64,000 nucleotides of DNA from an uncultured Clostridia bacterium (GTDB taxonomy: Bacteria; Bacillota; Clostridia; Christensenellales; CAG-917): the NCBI GenBank assembly GCA_947589475.1, contig CANQBO010000010.1, positions 3,618 through 67,617 of the forward strand. The letters run 5' to 3'. The position numbers and the translations under genes were made by a program. The number at the start of each line of letters is the position of its first letter. Position 1 is the first letter of the stretch. Positions 39,576 through 48,880 of this stretch are shown piece after piece. The notes beneath the pieces were generated by a model. It had not been told where the DNA came from, did no database searches, and was given only the letters and a program-made list of their open reading frames with translations.

Positions 39576-42014
39576 ATGTTAAACGTCAAAAAAAGAGATG
39601 GGAGCATAGTCCCGTTCAACCTCAACAAAATCAAGGTCGCAATTGAGAAAGCTTTCGCCGCGGTAGGCAAAAACTACAACGACGACATTCTCGATCTGTT
39701 GGCGCTTCGCGTGACAGCGACCTTCAACAGCAAGATCGTCGACGACGTCGTCACGGTCGAGGACGTGCAGGACGCGGTGGAAGTCGTCCTCATTCAATCC
39801 AGCTATGTAGAAGTTGCAAAAGCATATATTCTATATAGAAAACAACATCAGAAATTGCGCGACGTGCATTCCACGCTCCTCGACTACAAAAACACCGTCG
39901 ACAACTATCTGAAGATCAACGATTGGCGCGTCAAGGAAAACTCCACGGTGTCCTACTCCGTCGGCGGACTTATCCTCTCCAACAGCGGCGCTGTCACGGC
40001 AAACTATTGGCTGAGCGAGATCTATGACGACGAAATTGCAAACGCGCACCGCGAAGCGAAGATACACCTGCACGACCTCAGCATGCTGACGGGCTACTGC
40101 GCGGGCTGGTCGCTCAAACAGCTCATCAAGGAGGGTCTCGGCGGCATTCCAGGCAAGATCACGTCCGCTCCCGCAAGCCACCTCTCCACGCTGTGCAACC
40201 AGATGGTCAACTTCCTCGGCATCATGCAAAACGAGTGGGCGGGCGCGCAAGCTTTCAGCAGTTTCGACACCTACCTCGCGCCTTTCGTCAAGGTGGATCA
40301 CCTCACCTATAAGGAAGTCAAGCAGTGCATACAGTCCTTCATCTACGGCGTCAACACTCCGTCGCGCTGGGGCACGCAAGCGCCTTTCACCAACGTTACG
40401 CTGGACTGGGTGGTGCCAAACGACCTCGCCGAGCTTCCCGCTATCGTCGGCGGCAAGGAGATGGACTTCAAGTATAAGGACTGCGTGGACGAGATGCGCA
40501 TGATCAACAAGGCTTTCATCGAGATCATGATCGAGGGCGACGCCAACGGACGCGGCTTTCAATACCCCATCCCGACATACTCCATCACGCGCGACTTCGA
40601 TTGGTCGGACACGGAAAACAACCGCTTGCTGTTCACGATGACGGCAAAGTACGGCACTCCCTACTTCTCCAACTACATCAACAGCGATATGGAGCCGAGC
40701 GACGTGCGCAGTATGTGCTGTCGTCTGCGCCTCGACCTGCGCGAACTGCGCAAGAAATCGGGCGGCTTCTTCGGAAGCGGCGAGTCAACGGGTTCAGTCG
40801 GCGTCGTCACGATAAATATGCCGCGTATCGCATACGTCGCGACGACGGAAGAGGAGTATTTCAAGGAGCTGGAGCACCTCATGAACATCGCGGCGCGCTC
40901 GCTCAAGATCAAGCGCAACGTCATCACAAAATTGCTTGAGGAAGGGCTTTATCCCTATACGAAGCGCTATCTCGGCACGTTTGCAAATCACTTCTCGACC
41001 ATCGGTCTCGTCGGCATGAACGAAGCCTGCCTCAACGCGCGCTGGATAGGTTGCGACCTCACGCACAAAGAGGCGCAGGAGTTCACCAAAAAGACGCTCA
41101 ACTTCATGCGCAATAAGCTGAGCGATTATCAGGAGCAATACGGCGACCTGTACAACCTCGAGGCTACCCCCGCGGAGTCCACATCCTACCGTCTTGCGAA
41201 GCACGATCGCGAGAAATATCCCAACATCATCTGCGCGAAGTCCGCGGACAACACTCCCTACTACACCAACAGCTCGCACCTGCCCGTCGGCTACACCGCG
41301 GATATATTCGAGGCGCTGGACATTCAGGACGATCTGCAAACGCTGTACACGTCGGGCACCGTTTTCCACGCCTTCCTCGGCCAGAGAATGGACAGCTGGC
41401 AGGCGGCGGCAAACCTCGTGCGCAAGATCGCCGAAAACTACAAACTGCCCTACTACACCCTCTCGCCGACATACTCTATCTGCGCGGATCACGGCTATCT
41501 CGTGGGCGAGCAATACACCTGCCCCATCTGCGGCAAAAAGACGGAAGTGTACAGCCGCATAACGGGCTACTATCGTCCCGTCCAGAATTGGAACGACGGC
41601 AAAGTCGCCGAGTTCAAGGAGCGCAAAGTGTATGACATCGCGACGTCGCAGTATCACGGCAAGCCCATAAACGAGCACGTCTGCTGTGAGGAAGCCCCCA
41701 TGCTCAAGGGCAGACTCGAAATCGAAGCGGAAAAGAAAACAGAGGAGCAAGAGGCTCCCGCTTCTCCCGCCGCGAGCGACAACGGGTTGCTCATCTTCAC
41801 GACAAAGACCTGCCCCAACTGCAAGATGGCAAAGGCTATGCTCGACAAGGCTGGCATAGGCTACACCGTCATCGACGCGGAGGACAACGCGGACGTCACA
41901 AAGTCCTACGGGGTCAAGAAGGCACCCACCCTGCTCGTCCCGGACGGAAAGGGCGGCTATACAGCCTACGACAACGCGAGCAAGATCAAGGGCTACATCG
42001 AAAACGCAAAGTAA
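39576..42014 (+). CDS. nrdD: Anaerobic (class III) ribonucleoside-triphosphate reductase with an N-terminal ATP-cone and a C-terminal glutaredoxin/NrdH-like domain
   Basis: 812-aa ORF. ATP-cone: VKKRDGSIVPFNLNKIKVAIEKAF. Zn-ribbon plus glycyl-radical motif CPICGKKTEVYSRITGYYRP (Gly codon 41565..41567). Acidic linker, then LLIFTTKTCPNCKMAKAMLDKAGIGYTVIDAE with CxxC at 41811..41822. Confidence 0.93.
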   Translation: MLNVKKRDGSIVPFNLNKIKVAIEKAFAAVGKNYNDDILDLLALRVTATFNSKIVDDVVTVEDVQDAVEVVLIQSSYVEVAKAYILYRKQHQKLRDVHSTLLDYKNTVDNYLKINDWRVKENSTVSYSVGGLILSNSGAVTANYWLSEIYDDEIANAHREAKIHLHDLSMLTGYCAGWSLKQLIKEGLGGIPGKITSAPASHLSTLCNQMVNFLGIMQNEWAGAQAFSSFDTYLAPFVKVDHLTYKEVKQCIQSFIYGVNTPSRWGTQAPFTNVTLDWVVPNDLAELPAIVGGKEMDFKYKDCVDEMRMINKAFIEIMIEGDANGRGFQYPIPTYSITRDFDWSDTENNRLLFTMTAKYGTPYFSNYINSDMEPSDVRSMCCRLRLDLRELRKKSGGFFGSGESTGSVGVVTINMPRIAYVATTEEEYFKELEHLMNIAARSLKIKRNVITKLLEEGLYPYTKRYLGTFANHFSTIGLVGMNEACLNARWIGCDLTHKEAQEFTKKTLNFMRNKLSDYQEQYGDLYNLEATPAESTSYRLAKHDREKYPNIICAKSADNTPYYTNSSHLPVGYTADIFEALDIQDDLQTLYTSGTVFHAFLGQRMDSWQAAANLVRKIAENYKLPYYTLSPTYSICADHGYLVGEQYTCPICGKKTEVYSRITGYYRPVQNWNDGKVAEFKERKVYDIATSQYHGKPINEHVCCEEAPMLKGRLEIEAEKKTEEQEAPASPAASDNGLLIFTTKTCPNCKMAKAMLDKAGIGYTVIDAEDNADVTKSYGVKKAPTLLVPDGKGGYTAYDNASKIKGYIENAK

Positions 42015-42072
42015 ATCAGACAAATTCACATGGGCGGGCAAGTGCCCGCTCATTTCATACAAGGACCGTTTT

Positions 42073-42993
42073 ATGTCAAAACATTTCGATATCATTATAA
42101 TAGGCGCGGGTCCCGCGGGCATGACGGCGGCGCTCAACTGCCTTCGCGCGGGCAAGAGCGTGCTCGTGCTTGAGGGCGAGAGCTTCGGCGGACAAATAGC
42201 CCTCTCTCCGCGCGTGGAAAACTTCCCGTCCTACCCCGTCGCTTCGGGCGCGGAGCTCATGGACAAGCTGTATTCCCAGATAGAACAGTGGGGCGCGCAG
42301 ATAGAACTTGAAAACGCAAAATCGGTAGTTAAAAGTGACAAAACGTTCATAATAACCACTGATTATGCAACATACACCTGCACTTCCGTCATCCTCGCCA
42401 CGGGCTGCAAACACCGCGAGATAGGCGTTGAGCGCGAGGAAGAACTCGTCGGGAGCGGAGTCAGCTACTGCGCGCTTTGCGACGGCGCGTTCTACAAGGG
42501 CGAGGACGTCGCGGTCATAGGCGACGCCAACACCGCCCTGCAATATGCGCTTTTGCTTTCGGGATATTGCAAACAGGTGCACATCTGCGCCCTCTTCGAC
42601 CGCCTGTTCGCAGACAAGGCTCTAGTGGACCTCGTGCTTTCAAAGCCCAACATAGACGTCACCTACAACATCTCGCTCAAGGAGTTCGTGGGCGAGGACG
42701 AGCTCTCTTCTCTCCGCTTCGAGAATACTCTCACGGGCGCGCCCTACAACGTGGACTGCAAGTGCGCGTTCATATGCGTGGGACAGATCCCTCAAAACGA
42801 GCCTTTCAAAGACCTCGTTGCGCTTGACGCAAAAGGCTACATAATTTCGGACGAGAGTTGCGTCACCTCCTGCGAGGGCGTGTTTGCCGCGGGCGATTGC
42901 CGCACCAAAAAGATACGCCAGCTTGTGACCGCCGCCTCCGACGGTACCGTCGCCGCCTACGCCGCCTGCGCATATGTCGACTCTACCACATAA
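42073..42993 (+). CDS. Low-Mr thioredoxin-reductase-family flavoprotein lacking canonical NADPH-binding motifs (FFTR-like candidate)
   Basis: 306-aa ORF. FAD motif IIIGAGPAGMTAA and redox CALCDG are present. The canonical GGGNSA/GGGNTA position reads GDANTA, and the HRRDxFRA position reads ALFDRLFA. Confidence 0.85.
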   Translation: MSKHFDIIIIGAGPAGMTAALNCLRAGKSVLVLEGESFGGQIALSPRVENFPSYPVASGAELMDKLYSQIEQWGAQIELENAKSVVKSDKTFIITTDYATYTCTSVILATGCKHREIGVEREEELVGSGVSYCALCDGAFYKGEDVAVIGDANTALQYALLLSGYCKQVHICALFDRLFADKALVDLVLSKPNIDVTYNISLKEFVGEDELSSLRFENTLTGAPYNVDCKCAFICVGQIPQNEPFKDLVALDAKGYIISDESCVTSCEGVFAAGDCRTKKIRQLVTAASDGTVAAYAACAYVDSTT

Positions 42994-43146
42994 AATTCGT
43001 TCCACCGGCTATGTATTTCTACACTGTTTCACATCGTCACTCATATCTGCACCCAAAAAAATCACTTCGTGTTTTTCTTGTGACCCGCTATGGGGACCCC
43101 ATGTCGCTCGGACAAACTTGAAGATCTATTTTATCCCCCTTTTATA

Positions 43147-43209
43147 CCCAAACATAAAACGGAACGCATCGCGTTCCGTTTTATGTTTGGGTTCTTTTTT
43201 CTTTTTTTT
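43147..43209 (+). terminator. Strong terminator: 21-bp perfect inverted repeat plus a T-rich tail
   Basis: CCCAAACATAAAACGGAACGC-ATC-GCGTTCCGTTTTATGTTTGGG (43147..43191), followed by TTCTTTTTTCTTTTTTTT. Confidence 0.7.
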
Positions 43210-43366
43210 GCAAAGGGACTTCTATGTTGCATAGATATAGCGAATGTCCGAGTATAAGAATGCTCGGACAAGTGTCACATAAAAATCGGACGGACGACCA
43301 TGCTCCCCTTTCTCACCCGTCCGCCAAATCAAAATACGCGTGGTGATGCTGTCAAAAATGCCCTCG

Positions 43367-43576
43367 TCACTCCTCTATGCCCAAAATGTAGCCCGCGGAC
43401 ACATCCAGGACCTTACAAAGTTTTGCAAAAGTGTCGAGCGCGGGAAATACGTTGACATTCATGTATTTCGACACCGTCTGCGCGGATACGCCTATTTGTT
43501 TGGCAATATCTTTTTGCTGTATGCCACTGCTTTTTATCGCGGCTCTCAATCTTTTTTGAATATCTTTCAACTCCAT
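43367..43576 (-). CDS. XRE-family helix-turn-helix transcriptional regulator
   Basis: HTH_3-like QKDIAKQIGVSAQTVSKYMNVNVFPALDTFAKLCKVLDVSAGYILG. I prefer the internal start MELKD at 43576 (GGTGG RBS), because the track start at 43636 overlaps the divergent promoter. Confidence 0.8.
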   Translation of the reverse strand: MELKDIQKRLRAAIKSSGIQQKDIAKQIGVSAQTVSKYMNVNVFPALDTFAKLCKVLDVSAGYILGIEE

Positions 43577-43618
43577 AAAACCACCGATTACATAATCGCA
43601 TAATAGGTGATTTTTGGC

Positions 43619-43647
43619 TTGACAATCGTATATCATACGATTATAAT
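43619..43647 (+). promoter_or_regulatory. Consensus sigma-A promoter with a palindromic spacer (candidate XRE operator)
   Basis: TTGACA (43619..43624), 17 nt, TATAAT (43642..43647). The spacer is ATCGTAT-ATC-ATACGAT, a 7-bp inverted repeat. Confidence 0.7.
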
Positions 43648-43739
43648 AAACATTATTAAATATATTTGTACGAGCGCCCTACGGGACCGCTCGCCGTTAC
43701 ATCCGAATTCCTAAAAAGATATAAAGGAGAAAACAAAAT

Positions 43740-44813
43740 ATGGGCAAAAATCAAACTACAGGCAACGAAAAGTATTTTGTGACAAACATACTTCAAACGG
43801 TGCTCATAGCGCTGTTGGCTGTCATCAGCACTATAGGAACGATATGCGTCTCGTTCCACTCGAACTTGCAAGTCGCAAGACCTCTCGGTCCGCTTATCGG
43901 CATAATTTTCGGCTTGATAATAGTGGCGCGCGCCGCGTCAAGATACGGCGAGACCTCGCGCATCTTTACGATATTCCCCACCATAATCGGCGCCGCGCTT
44001 ATAATCAGTGACCTTATTGTCCTCATCGTGGACTCCGCGGGCTTAATGGGCAACGGTCTGCTTAAAGAGACCTGGTACGCGCCGCTTTTCGGAATTCCGT
44101 CGCACCTCTATGTGTCATATCTCGGCATAAGACAGCGCAAAAAAGCGAAGGAGCCATATTTGGCAGGGTCTCCCTATGAAAAACATCAAAAGACTTTGGC
44201 TCATGTCGCCTTCTTATGTCTGCTTCTCGGAGGCTTGATCGGAGCGGTTGCGAATTTATTCGGTTTCTTTGCCGCGTTCATGGCTTCAGATACCCCGAGA
44301 TATTTGGCTATCCTCGTCACATTGATGAGAGTGTTGAGCACCATTGCGATCTTCGGCGGAGCGGCGGCATGGATATGCTACACAATATTTGTGGTGCAGA
44401 CTTTGAACAACGCCGGGCGCACGACAAGCAGTTACAATACAAAGTCCCGCCGCGGCAGTCGCTCGTCGTCAAAACCGACCCCCTCTCGCTCAAACACCGC
44501 GCAACCCTTCGACGCTCCTCTCGCGATGCAAGTCGTCGCAGAACACTTTACGGGGGACTATGACGAACCTTGGCGCGGTTGCAAGATCACCTATTCCGTC
44601 TCCGTGACCGTAAACGCAGATAAAGTCGACTTCCTTCTGAAATGCGACCTCTCGGGCACATACAAAACCGAATTCGAGGACAAAGTGATGAAAAACGTCG
44701 AGGATATGATCAAGAAGAAAGAGCAATTCATTATTGACACAGCCGTCGATTTTCTTGAAAAAGAGGATCCGACGCACGAATATTTGGTCTCTATAAATTT
44801 GAAAACGGACTAA
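43740..44813 (+). CDS. Polytopic membrane protein with a Ser/Arg-rich linker and a ~100-aa soluble C-terminal domain (hypothetical)
   Basis: 357-aa ORF with AAGGAGA RBS. About 6 hydrophobic helices, a linker TSSYNTKSRRGSRSSSKPTPSRS, then a charged C-terminal domain. I recognise no family. Confidence 0.8.
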   Translation: MGKNQTTGNEKYFVTNILQTVLIALLAVISTIGTICVSFHSNLQVARPLGPLIGIIFGLIIVARAASRYGETSRIFTIFPTIIGAALIISDLIVLIVDSAGLMGNGLLKETWYAPLFGIPSHLYVSYLGIRQRKKAKEPYLAGSPYEKHQKTLAHVAFLCLLLGGLIGAVANLFGFFAAFMASDTPRYLAILVTLMRVLSTIAIFGGAAAWICYTIFVVQTLNNAGRTTSSYNTKSRRGSRSSSKPTPSRSNTAQPFDAPLAMQVVAEHFTGDYDEPWRGCKITYSVSVTVNADKVDFLLKCDLSGTYKTEFEDKVMKNVEDMIKKKEQFIIDTAVDFLEKEDPTHEYLVSINLKTD

Positions 44814-44888
44814 TTTCTCATGACGTTGTGCATATCGCGCGATCGCATAATACAAAAGGAAATTTATCGCAACAAAGGAAAAATCGTA

Positions 44889-44934
44889 GTACGCAGGGCG
44901 GAGCATATTGCTCCGCCCTGCGTACGGTTTTTTT
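44889..44934 (+). terminator. Rho-independent terminator (17-bp perfect stem)
   Basis: GTACGCAGGGCGGAGCA-TAT-TGCTCCGCCCTGCGTAC followed by GGTTTTTTT. Confidence 0.75.
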
Positions 44935-44964
44935 CGCAAAACATCTCTTTCCCCACGCTCCCGC

Positions 44965-44995
44965 AAAAAAACAGACGCGTCGTGCGTCTGTTTTT
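44965..44995. terminator. Bidirectional terminator
   Basis: AAAAAAA-CAGACGC-GTCGT-GCGTCTG-TTTTT, between convergent genes. Confidence 0.7.
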
Positions 44996-45034
44996 CGTCA
45001 AACGAAAATTCCTTTGCCGGCTTTAAGCGTATCG

Positions 45035-45400
45035 TCAACCCGCCACGGCGCCTAAGACCGACGCAAAGGACGCAAAGACGATGATATAAATTAAGATCGC
45101 CACTCCGCTTATGACTATACCCGCAATTGCAAGCCCTTTGCCACTGCCGCCGAAATCCTTCTTTGACTTGACTAAACCCACTATAGAAAGGACAAGTCCT
45201 ATCAACGGCATAAAGAAAGCAAGTACAAAGCCCGCGATCGCAAATCCGTTTGTCTGATTTGATGAAGTCCCGTTTGTCCCCTGTTGGACGGGAGGCGCGT
45301 AATATTGCTGATTTACGGGCGTCCCCGTAGTCGGCGTCCCGCAATATTGGCAAAAAGTCGCGCTGTCGTCTATTTGTGCTCCACATTTACTACAATACAT
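45035..45400 (-). CDS. Zinc-ribbon plus DUF4190-like small membrane protein
   Basis: 121 aa. MYCSKCGAQIDDSATFCQYCG zinc ribbon, a Q/P/N-rich linker, and two TM helices (FAIAGFVLAFFMPLIGLVLSIVGLV and LAIAGIVISGVAILIYIIVF). Confidence 0.85.
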   Translation of the reverse strand: MYCSKCGAQIDDSATFCQYCGTPTTGTPVNQQYYAPPVQQGTNGTSSNQTNGFAIAGFVLAFFMPLIGLVLSIVGLVKSKKDFGGSGKGLAIAGIVISGVAILIYIIVFASFASVLGAVAG

Positions 45401-45663
45401 AAAATGCTCCTCCTGATCGTATGTTTGCGGTTTTTATTATATGTGAGAATACGCGTTTTGTCAAGATTATATTGTTCTGCTTCCCGATCTAAGTTCTATC
45501 GCCTTTTCGACGCGACGAAATTATGTCTGTTTGCCGATCTTTTACTCCGCCGCCGCGCGCATAGCCGCCTTTGGACGCGAGCGCGCACGATAAGCTTCGG
45601 CTGTTTTTTGCAAACCTCGCGACGCTGCTTGCGCGCCCGATACAAAATATGTATAATGAACTT

Positions 45664-46347
45664 ATGCTTAAAGTCGTGCTTATTGACATAGACAACACGG
45701 TCATGGATTTCGACCGCTGTTCAAAGCGGAGCATGAAGCTCACCTGCGAAGATTGGGGCATTCCTTTTAAGGACGGCATGTTTGACGCGTTTAAAAGCTA
45801 CAACGACCGCCGCTGGCAGGAGATAGAGCGCGGAGAGCTTACGGTGAAGCGGCTTTTCGAGGTGCGCTGGAACGAGGTGTTCGCCTCGCTTGGCATACCT
45901 ATGTCGGACGGACCCAAATTCGAGCGTGACTTTCACGTCTACCTCAACGTCAGCGACATTCCCGAGGACGGCGCGAAGGAAGCCCTCGCATATCTGAGCA
46001 AAAAGTACCGCGTCTTTGCCGCGTCCAACTCCAACACCATGAAACAGGCGCTACGCTTACAAAAGACGGGCATGTTGCCCTATTTTGAGGGGTTGTTCCT
46101 CTCGGAGGATATGGGCGCGACAAAGCCCGACCGCGCGTTTTTCGACATAATTTTCTCAAATCTCGACGGCGTGGCGCCAAATGAGGCGATAATGATAGGC
46201 GATTCGCTGTCCGCGGACATCGCGGGGGCGGCGGCATACGGAATCGGCACCTGCTGGTACAACAAAGCGCGCCTTGCATACGACCCGTCCCGTCCGCCCG
46301 CGGACTTTGTGATCTACGACATGCGCGAGCTGAAAAAAATATTGTGA
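45664..46347 (+). CDS. HAD-IA family hydrolase (YjjG-like nucleotidase type)
   Basis: Internal start MLKVVLIDIDNTVMDF carries the DxDxT motif. Later motifs are SNSN, a conserved K, and GDSLSADI. The track ORF 45571.. adds an implausible N-terminal extension. Confidence 0.85.
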   Translation: MLKVVLIDIDNTVMDFDRCSKRSMKLTCEDWGIPFKDGMFDAFKSYNDRRWQEIERGELTVKRLFEVRWNEVFASLGIPMSDGPKFERDFHVYLNVSDIPEDGAKEALAYLSKKYRVFAASNSNTMKQALRLQKTGMLPYFEGLFLSEDMGATKPDRAFFDIIFSNLDGVAPNEAIMIGDSLSADIAGAAAYGIGTCWYNKARLAYDPSRPPADFVIYDMRELKKIL

Positions 46348-46539
46348 TCGTTTTTATCCCGTTTTCTTTGCGCGCGGGGGCGGACATTTTTAATTTTTAG
46401 GCGTATTTTGCTCCATATCGCGGTATTTTGATAAAATTTTTTCCGCATACCCCCAACTTCGCTTGATTTTTTTGAAAAATAAGTCTAAAACTTAAATGCA
46501 CGCTTAAAAATGTGCAATTTTTTTTGTTGGGAGTGCGAT

Positions 46540-47976
46540 GTGCGCAAGGCGACGTTGAAAAAAGAATACGATATGACAAGCGGGCCGCTGTTCGGCAAGA
46601 TAGTCGCGCTTGCACTGCCCCTTGCGCTGTCGGGGATATTGCAACTGCTGTTCAACTCCGCAGACCTTGTCGTCATCGGTCAATTTTCCGCGACGAGCAC
46701 GGAGTCGCTTGCGGCTGTAAGCTCCAACAACGCGCTTATCAATCTCATCGTCAACGTGTCGATAGGCTTGTCCGTGGGCGCAAACGTCGTAATGGCGCAC
46801 GCCATAGGCGCAAAGGACGGCGACCGCGCTCAGCGCGTCTTGCATACTTCCATGTTGCTCTCGGTCATATGCGGCGTAGTCATGGGCATTGTGGGCGTGT
46901 TTATGGCGCGCCTCTTCCTCGAATGGATGAAAACCGACCCCGCCGTCATAGACAAGGCGACGGACTATTTGCGCATCTACTTCATCGGCACCCCCGCAAA
47001 CATAATCTACAACTTCGGCGCGGCTATATTGCGCGCAAAGGGCGACACAAAGCGTCCCCTCTTCTACCTTGCCATAGCGGGCGTCCTCAACGCCTGCCTC
47101 AACCTGCTCTTCGTCATATGCGCGGGGCTGGACGTGAAGGGAGTCGCGATCGCCACCATAGTCTCGCAATACATCTCGATGATACTCGTCGTCATCGCGC
47201 TTTTGAGAGAAACGGGCTATTGCAAAATGGAGTTCAAAAAGCTCGCGATAAAGAGGCGCGAACTTTCGGACATCCTCAAAGTGGGACTGCCGTCGGGCAT
47301 CCTCAGTTCCTTCTTTTCTATCGCAAACGTCATCATTCAATCAAGCATAAACGGCTTCGGTCCCGCGGTCATGGCGGGCAACTCCACAGGCTCCGCGCTG
47401 GAAGGGTTTGTGTATACGTCCATGAACGCTGTCTCGAGCACGGCGACGACCTTCGCGGGACAAAACTACGGCGCCAAAAAGTACAGCCGCATAAACACCG
47501 TCATGTGGGAGTGTTCCGCGCTCATTGTGATTATAAGCGTAGTTTTGGGCGGGGCGATACTCCTGCTCGGCAAGCCGCTCGCGTCCATATACTCCCCCGA
47601 TCCCGAAGTCATCAACTTCTCCTTTGAGCGCAACAAAGTCATTTTGCCCATATACTTCATCTGCGGCATCGTCGAGGTGCTCGTGGGTTGCTTGAGGGGT
47701 ATGAACTACCCCATAATCCCAATGATCCCCTCCTTCCTCTGCGTATGCGTATATCGCATCATCTGGGTGTACACCGCATTCAAGGCTACGCCCACGACTT
47801 TTGTACTATATCTCAGCTACCCCATAAGCTGGGTGCTCAACCTCGTCATCGACGCCGTGCTGTACGCGATATTCTTCAAAGTCATGACTCAACCGAGCAA
47901 GGTCATGCGCGGCTACATCAAGACCGCGACATATTCCCGCTTCGCCGTTTCCGACCCCGACGTCCCCGCAATTTGA
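46540..47976 (+). CDS. MATE family efflux transporter
   Basis: 12-TM-type profile with the N-terminal LFGKIVALALPLALSGILQLLFNSADLVVIGQF typical of MATE. Start placed at GTG 46540 (GGGAG RBS 6 nt upstream). The track start at 46510 and ATG 46573 are alternatives. Confidence 0.85.
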   Translation: MRKATLKKEYDMTSGPLFGKIVALALPLALSGILQLLFNSADLVVIGQFSATSTESLAAVSSNNALINLIVNVSIGLSVGANVVMAHAIGAKDGDRAQRVLHTSMLLSVICGVVMGIVGVFMARLFLEWMKTDPAVIDKATDYLRIYFIGTPANIIYNFGAAILRAKGDTKRPLFYLAIAGVLNACLNLLFVICAGLDVKGVAIATIVSQYISMILVVIALLRETGYCKMEFKKLAIKRRELSDILKVGLPSGILSSFFSIANVIIQSSINGFGPAVMAGNSTGSALEGFVYTSMNAVSSTATTFAGQNYGAKKYSRINTVMWECSALIVIISVVLGGAILLLGKPLASIYSPDPEVINFSFERNKVILPIYFICGIVEVLVGCLRGMNYPIIPMIPSFLCVCVYRIIWVYTAFKATPTTFVLYLSYPISWVLNLVIDAVLYAIFFKVMTQPSKVMRGYIKTATYSRFAVSDPDVPAI

Positions 47977-48055
47977 AATAACATGAAACACACTATTTAC
48001 TTTGTCGTCGACATATGCTAAAATATTCTTATCACAATATAGGAGAACATTTTTT

Positions 48056-48502
48056 ATGGCAACTTACATGGATCTTTTGAACGAAATGAGACAAAAGAGC
48101 AAAGACGAACTGCGCAATATCGTCGATCACTATGCGGCGGAGGCGCTTGAGGGACTTCGCGATGTTCACGGCCTTAAGGTAGACGACGCTTGCAACATGA
48201 TCTTGCTCTCACTGCTCACGACGATCTCCTCGGACGGTTATTTCAACAACGACGAATTTTATGTCGCTCAACCCGTTCTCAATGCGGTTATCGGCGAAGG
48301 CATTACATACGATCAAACTCTCGAACTCATCAAAAAGACGCGCGTCGATTCCAACGAAATGAGATCGGCTATCGATAATTTTGTAGACTGCGTCAATGCA
48401 GATACAAAATATGCGCTGTTCGTGATATGCGGGGCTATTTGCGCCGCCGACAAATCCCTCAATCAGGCGGAACTCAATTGGCTCGACAGGCTCCTCGGCT
48501 GA
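48056..48502 (+). CDS. TerB-like small helical protein, paralogue 1
   Basis: 148 aa from ATG 48056 (AGGAGA RBS at 48041..48046). SSDGYFNNDEF and AADKSLNQAELNWL resemble TerB-fold DG-x-E repeats. Family call is tentative. Confidence 0.7.
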   Translation: MATYMDLLNEMRQKSKDELRNIVDHYAAEALEGLRDVHGLKVDDACNMILLSLLTTISSDGYFNNDEFYVAQPVLNAVIGEGITYDQTLELIKKTRVDSNEMRSAIDNFVDCVNADTKYALFVICGAICAADKSLNQAELNWLDRLLG

Positions 48503-48784
48503 AAAGAAAAGGCACCGTCTTGCGACTTTACAACATATGGAAGTCGTCTTTTATACAACTTGTTTCGCTCCTGAACGGGGGCGAATTTTTTTAGACGCAA
48601 AATCTCACCGCGCCGATCGAAGCGCGGACGATTTCGCCGTCCCGTCTGCCTTATGAAAGCGTGACATGAGCGCGTTTTTGCCACATGCGGCGCACTTTTT
48701 TGCCCTTGAAAGGATGATCGGACCCCGTATGACAAAATATGCGAGATCTGCATTGTTCACATATCGAAGCTTGCAATATTCCTC

Positions 48785-48813
48785 TTGACTTTTTTCCTAC
48801 CTCTTGCTAAAAT
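48785..48813 (+). promoter_or_regulatory. Sigma-A promoter of TerB-like paralogue 2
   Basis: TTGACT (48785..48790), 17 nt, TGcTAAAAT (hexamer 48808..48813). Paralogue 1 has the same TGCTAAAAT element at ~48015..48023. Confidence 0.6.
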
Positions 48814-48880
48814 TTATCTATGACGATATGCGAGACCCGCTCCGCATAAAGACAAAAACAATTATAAGGAGATAAAAATT

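Noticed and set aside
42073-42582. - strand 168-aa ORF and + strand off-frame ORF 42477..42827 within the flavoprotein gene
   Set aside because: Both overlap a gene with clear FAD and CxxC motifs and have antisense or off-frame composition.
43577-43636. Track start codon at 43636 for the XRE gene (89-aa version)
   Set aside because: The extra 20 residues (MIYDCQAKNHLLCDYVIGGF) would be encoded across the consensus -35 and spacer of the divergent promoter. The internal ATG at 43576 has a GGTGG RBS and gives a typical ~69-aa HTH protein.
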